From positions 1 to 57,497 of IMG/VR virus record IMGVR_UViG_3300016474_000496: a stretch of DNA of 57,497 bases, one strand, 5' to 3'. Below, piece by piece: positions 53,721-57,497 of the stretch. Source of the stretch: a virus (taxonomy: Duplodnaviria; Caudoviricetes). The notes beneath the pieces are model-generated. The model made no database searches and had not been told where the DNA came from. It saw nothing but the letters and a program-made list of their open reading frames with translations. Positions within the stretch are counted from its first letter, which is position 1. Every line of letters starts with the position of its first letter. The translations under genes were made by a program, and so were the position numbers.

Positions 53721-56011
53721 GTTGAGTAGCCTCGAACGTCGCCGGTATCGGCGTCAACTATGATTTTACCCGTTTGATAATCGCCGCCTGAAACATTGCT
53801 AACTATCTTGATTCTCAGTATGCGGCGCTGCTCTTTCATGTCGATTTTGCCCGTGCCCGGCGCAAATGTGTATGGCCCCGTAACCTGATCAACTTCATCA
53901 GCATAGGGGCGACCGATGATGTATAAGTCAAGGTTTCCAACCTGCACAAAGTTTGGCTCAACGCGCTCGATACGCGTCCATTTGTTTTCACCCACAGGAG
54001 AGAACGTAGCCGGACCGCCGGCTATGACGCCGAGATCAGAGGTCGTAAAGTATGATTCTATTGCGAGCACGGTTGCGCCCTGAACCACGTCTTTTCCAAT
54101 TTCATGTTGCCACAACGAGACTTGTTGAACTAGCGAGCTAACCGTAATTTGAAAGTTAGATCCAGCAGGAAGAGCTGCGGTCAAGGTGTCGCTCACCGCG
54201 TAGTTTTGACCCCCGCTATTAATAGACACCGTGACAACTTTTCCACCAAGAACCGTAATTGTGGCGGTTGCCCCAGTACCTGACCCGCCTGTGAGCGCTT
54301 GATAGAGATAAGTGCCGTCGGTGTAGCCAGATCCTTGATTGCTGATTGTAAAATTGTTTATCGCATTGGCGGTGTTGACGTTATAGCCGGCCTGAATTGG
54401 AAAGCGAAATACCTGAGAGAAATAACCCGCCGAGCGCTGCGCACCGGAGGCTTCCCCGGTATCGTACCAGGTGTTGTCGCGTACGTTGTAAATCACTGCG
54501 TCAGTGCACTCAGTGGCGTTACCCCTGGGGTAAAACCACCAAACCTCACCGAAGCGAGGCACTTTAGTAGCCCAAACTTTTTGTCGCTGCGCGTAGTTGA
54601 GGTTGTCGAAAAAGTAGTTCTGATTGAACGTGTTTGGAATCTCTTTTGTAACCCCGTTATACAACAGGAACCGATCGACCCCTGTCCAGAAGTAAATACC
54701 GTCATACTCAATGACCGCCGAAGACGACAGAAATGAGGACTGCGAAGTGATGATATCGTAACGCCAGTAGGTCGTAGCTGCGAAGTTAGGCGTACCCGCC
54801 ACACCTAACGATTGAGGTGCGTAAGACACTCGAACCAGTGAGTCTAACGACCAAAAAAGTCCCGAAGGCGAGTTTGAACCGCCCCGCACCGGCAGCCCTT
54901 GCAGTATCTTACCCGTTGCGGCGTTGACCTGATTGGCGTCGGCTGAAACCCAATCATCAATATCACCGGCTGAGCAGTTCCAGATAAGACCGTTGTTGCC
55001 GTAAACGAATACATAAGGATGAAGGGCAACAACTCCGCCCGAAATCGAAACCTCGTTGTCAAACGTGAGCGTTGTTACGCTCGTAGCGGTTGCGTTCTGG
55101 CTCAGCGTTATAGTGCTCGTAACGACTGAAACAACCGTCGTACCTGCCGGTATTCCGTAACCTTTGACCACCTGCCCGGCAGCGATACGCAAGTCGGTGG
55201 TCGGGATAGTAACCGTGGGCAAACCACTCGTGACGGTACAGCTATATACGGGGAAGAGACCCGCAGCCCAGAGCGTTGTTCCGGTCAACGGACCGCATAG
55301 CAACCGCGTGTTGGTCTCATTATCAATACTGACTAAGTCCTGCGACGGGTGCGCGAGCAGTAGGCTCGTGTTGTAACCTACCGTGTCGGTAAACGTGTCA
55401 AACTGCCAAGAGTTCAGGTCCGAAGCCACAAACGGCGAGTCAATGGCGCTCACCTGAAGCACTAACCCTGAGCCCACACCACCAAGAGAAGTATTGCTAG
55501 CGGTGAGGAAGTCCCCAGCCACGTAACGTACTCCGCCTCCGGTCACGGTCACGGCGGTTACGGTTCCGCCACCACCAACAGTCACCGTAGCGACTCCGCC
55601 CAGCCCGGTGCCTGAAGTCGTGTAAGTCAGAGGCACATTTGTGTAAATTCCGGGCAGGTAACCCGAACCGGCAACCGCTATACTCATTGACGTTGCAGGG
55701 CCGCCAAAGGTCATATTCGTAATGCCTGAGCCGACCCCGTTGTTGTCAACCGGGATTAACTGAAGGCCGTCATTGTAACCGCTGTAAACGTTGTTGTATA
55801 GGTTTCGAACAACAACGTATACCCCGCGAGAAGGCCCGGCGAGCGAGTTTACAATCTGACGATAGCCGCCCATTTTTCGCGGACGAGCCAGCTCACCCCC
55901 AAACTTTTGAAAACGCACCCAGCGCCCATCGGTGTAATACTCTTTATCGAAAATGGTGCCGTCACGTTGTATGCCGGGCCGAGTATCAAGGGAGAAGACT
56001 TTCTTAGTCAT
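53717..56011 (-). CDS. tail nozzle / P22 gp10-like stabilisation protein
   Basis: PGIQRDGT..D...YTDGRWVRF...PRKMGG, FWTGVDRFLLYNG, FGEVWWFYP, VIYNV..NTWY; beta-propeller-like. Confidence 0.65.
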   Translation of the reverse strand: MTKKVFSLDTRPGIQRDGTIFDKEYYTDGRWVRFQKFGGELARPRKMGGYRQIVNSLAGPSRGVYVVVRNLYNNVYSGYNDGLQLIPVDNNGVGSGITNMTFGGPATSMSIAVAGSGYLPGIYTNVPLTYTTSGTGLGGVATVTVGGGGTVTAVTVTGGGVRYVAGDFLTASNTSLGGVGSGLVLQVSAIDSPFVASDLNSWQFDTFTDTVGYNTSLLLAHPSQDLVSIDNETNTRLLCGPLTGTTLWAAGLFPVYSCTVTSGLPTVTIPTTDLRIAAGQVVKGYGIPAGTTVVSVVTSTITLSQNATATSVTTLTFDNEVSISGGVVALHPYVFVYGNNGLIWNCSAGDIDDWVSADANQVNAATGKILQGLPVRGGSNSPSGLFWSLDSLVRVSYAPQSLGVAGTPNFAATTYWRYDIITSQSSFLSSSAVIEYDGIYFWTGVDRFLLYNGVTKEIPNTFNQNYFFDNLNYAQRQKVWATKVPRFGEVWWFYPRGNATECTDAVIYNVRDNTWYDTGEASGAQRSAGYFSQVFRFPIQAGYNVNTANAINNFTISNQGSGYTDGTYLYQALTGGSGTGATATITVLGGKVVTVSINSGGQNYAVSDTLTAALPAGSNFQITVSSLVQQVSLWQHEIGKDVVQGATVLAIESYFTTSDLGVIAGGPATFSPVGENKWTRIERVEPNFVQVGNLDLYIIGRPYADEVDQVTGPYTFAPGTGKIDMKEQRRILRIKIVSNVSGGDYQTGKIIVDADTGDVRGYST

Positions 56012-57213
56012 CAGAAAGAGCCTCCCGACAAGCCTTCAGAGGTGACAAGGAGTTTCAAACTACTAAGTACCGATATTCCGAACTTCCCGGCTCCGGGTCT
56101 GAAGATACCTGTGTTTGTTTCTGAGCCAAAGTTTAAAGAAGGATTTAATGCTGTGCCGTTTACAAGGCTAAAGGTTGTTCCCCCTGCTTGAACTGTGTTA
56201 GCGTTCAAAATATTTGTGCCGTCGCAGAACAAGCTCGCCTGCCCCGGCGCAGGCACGGTTGCAGTATTCGCACCTACCGCCCCGGTTGATATAGTTAGCG
56301 TAAATGTGCCGGCATTACATTGGTTACTGACGACATAGAAGTTAACAACCGGCGGAACGATAATTGTAACATCACCTGCAAGGGTTCCGTTGTAAATTTG
56401 AATTGTGTTTGAGGCTTCGTTAGCTGTTAGGGTGTATGTTCCGCTGGTTACGGTTTTAGTCAGAATACCATACTCGAACTGCGTGCTAACCCCGTAGCCC
56501 ACTGTAATGAACCCGGTTCCAGTCGAAACAATAAAAGCCGACTCGTTAGGCGCAAACGCTTTTGAAGCCCCGCCGTCAATCAGCTGACCGCCTATACAAT
56601 TAACCGTAAGCGTGCCCGTTCCAGCATTTTTTATTAAAAAGAACCAGTTACTGCCGACTACAGTAGCGGAAGGCAATGTTGTGGTTGTAAGGCCGCCGCT
56701 CCAGATATAAGTTTTCGCCCGATCACCATCAACAAACACCTGACTCGCGGTGATGGCTGAAACCGGATGGCTTTGATTCAGGGTTAAACCACTAGCGAGC
56801 AGCCCCGCCCCGGCAAGCGTAGCCGCATCAGCTGAGGACGTTCCCGCGCCGAACGTAAAATTACCCCAAGTTCCGTACTCGTCGGCGTTGTCGGTCAAAT
56901 AAAGGTAACGCGCCGCACCGGAAGGTATCGACACAATAGTGCCGTTGCCATCGTAGGTCTTGACCGTAAACGTGCTGCTACCGACGTTACGTATCAGCGC
57001 ATCCTGCCCGACCGAAACCTGATTGGCCGGAGGCATGCGCAGCTCGTAGCTGCCCGAAGCGTCCACGTCCATGATTCGAGCAGCCGGGGTCTCGGTGGCT
57101 TCATTGCCGTTAATTGGCCAGAACAGCTGAAGATTTGCGTCGAGTTGAATCTCAAGGTAGAGAACATCGGTCGGCTGTATTACATCGCCGGTAAAAGGGC
57201 TAATGTAACTCAT
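56011..57213 (-). CDS. tail structural protein (400 aa)
   Basis: TLPSA..VG..WFFLIKNAGTGTLTV, PSLNFGSETNTGIFRPG; ends GLSGGSF. Confidence 0.6.
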   Translation of the reverse strand: MSYISPFTGDVIQPTDVLYLEIQLDANLQLFWPINGNEATETPAARIMDVDASGSYELRMPPANQVSVGQDALIRNVGSSTFTVKTYDGNGTIVSIPSGAARYLYLTDNADEYGTWGNFTFGAGTSSADAATLAGAGLLASGLTLNQSHPVSAITASQVFVDGDRAKTYIWSGGLTTTTLPSATVVGSNWFFLIKNAGTGTLTVNCIGGQLIDGGASKAFAPNESAFIVSTGTGFITVGYGVSTQFEYGILTKTVTSGTYTLTANEASNTIQIYNGTLAGDVTIIVPPVVNFYVVSNQCNAGTFTLTISTGAVGANTATVPAPGQASLFCDGTNILNANTVQAGGTTFSLVNGTALNPSLNFGSETNTGIFRPGAGKFGISVLSSLKLLVTSEGLSGGSF

Positions 57214-57215
57214 GA

Positions 57216-57497
57216 TCAGCTATCCGAAGCAATCGCCTGACGATCGGCGATACGTAGTTTGTCTTCGGCTATAAGCGTTTGCATAATCGCGTTGTACTGT
57301 GACTGCCACATCGGCATCCGTTCATCGTTTTTCAAGAACGGCATAGCCTGCAGGAGCGACCCGTACAGCAATGCCTGCGGAGCGTATTCGGTGAACCAGT
57401 TTGTTTGATTTGAAGAATCTAACGGTTGAACCCGCTCATAGTACAACACCTCAAAACTATAAGCTTGAACCGGTGGAACCAGTGCGTGTAGTCGTAA
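57216..57497 (-). CDS. 3' part of head-tail adaptor-like protein
   Basis: YSFEVLYYERVQPL...NQTNWFTEYAPQALLYGSLLQA.PFLK..ER..W; open to the window end and joins 351-1. Confidence 0.7.
   Translation of the reverse strand, partial: LRLHALVPPVQAYSFEVLYYERVQPLDSSNQTNWFTEYAPQALLYGSLLQAMPFLKNDERMPMWQSQYNAIMQTLIAEDKLRIADRQAIASDS

Overview
The window is an apparently complete, circularly permuted ~57.5 kb genome of a tailed dsDNA phage. The last 10 nt repeat the first 10 nt and one gene spans the junction. It has two divergent arms. The minus-strand arm (23909 down to 1, continuing 57497 down to 44479) carries TerS, TerL, a modular 981-aa protein, a P22-like portal, GroES, scaffold, an HK97-fold capsid protein, tail fibres, lysis genes, adaptor/nozzle and large ejection-type proteins. 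I found no tape measure or sheath, so the virion is probably podovirus-like. The plus-strand arm (24569-44394) carries small early genes, an SF2 helicase, a prim-pol/helicase, a thymidine-hypermodification cluster, a family B polymerase, an AAA ATPase, SSB, a Cas4-like nuclease and a RuvC-like resolvase. The cluster comprises two HhH-fold amino acid:DNA transferase-like genes, a P-loop kinase, a dUMP hydroxymethylase and an HD nucleotidase. A repeat- and hairpin-rich non-coding block (23950-24470) separates the arms. I recognised no integrase, repressor, tRNA or CRISPR array. The most interesting signals are four. (1) A two-transferase hypermodification cluster with no tailoring enzymes. (2) A leader-payload-GG cassette protein ending in a JAB metalloprotease. 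(3) A recurrent hydrophobic-x-x-GG motif shared by several head/ejection proteins. (4) An Ocr-sized, highly acidic first early protein. All family calls come from motif recognition by eye, not from database searches.
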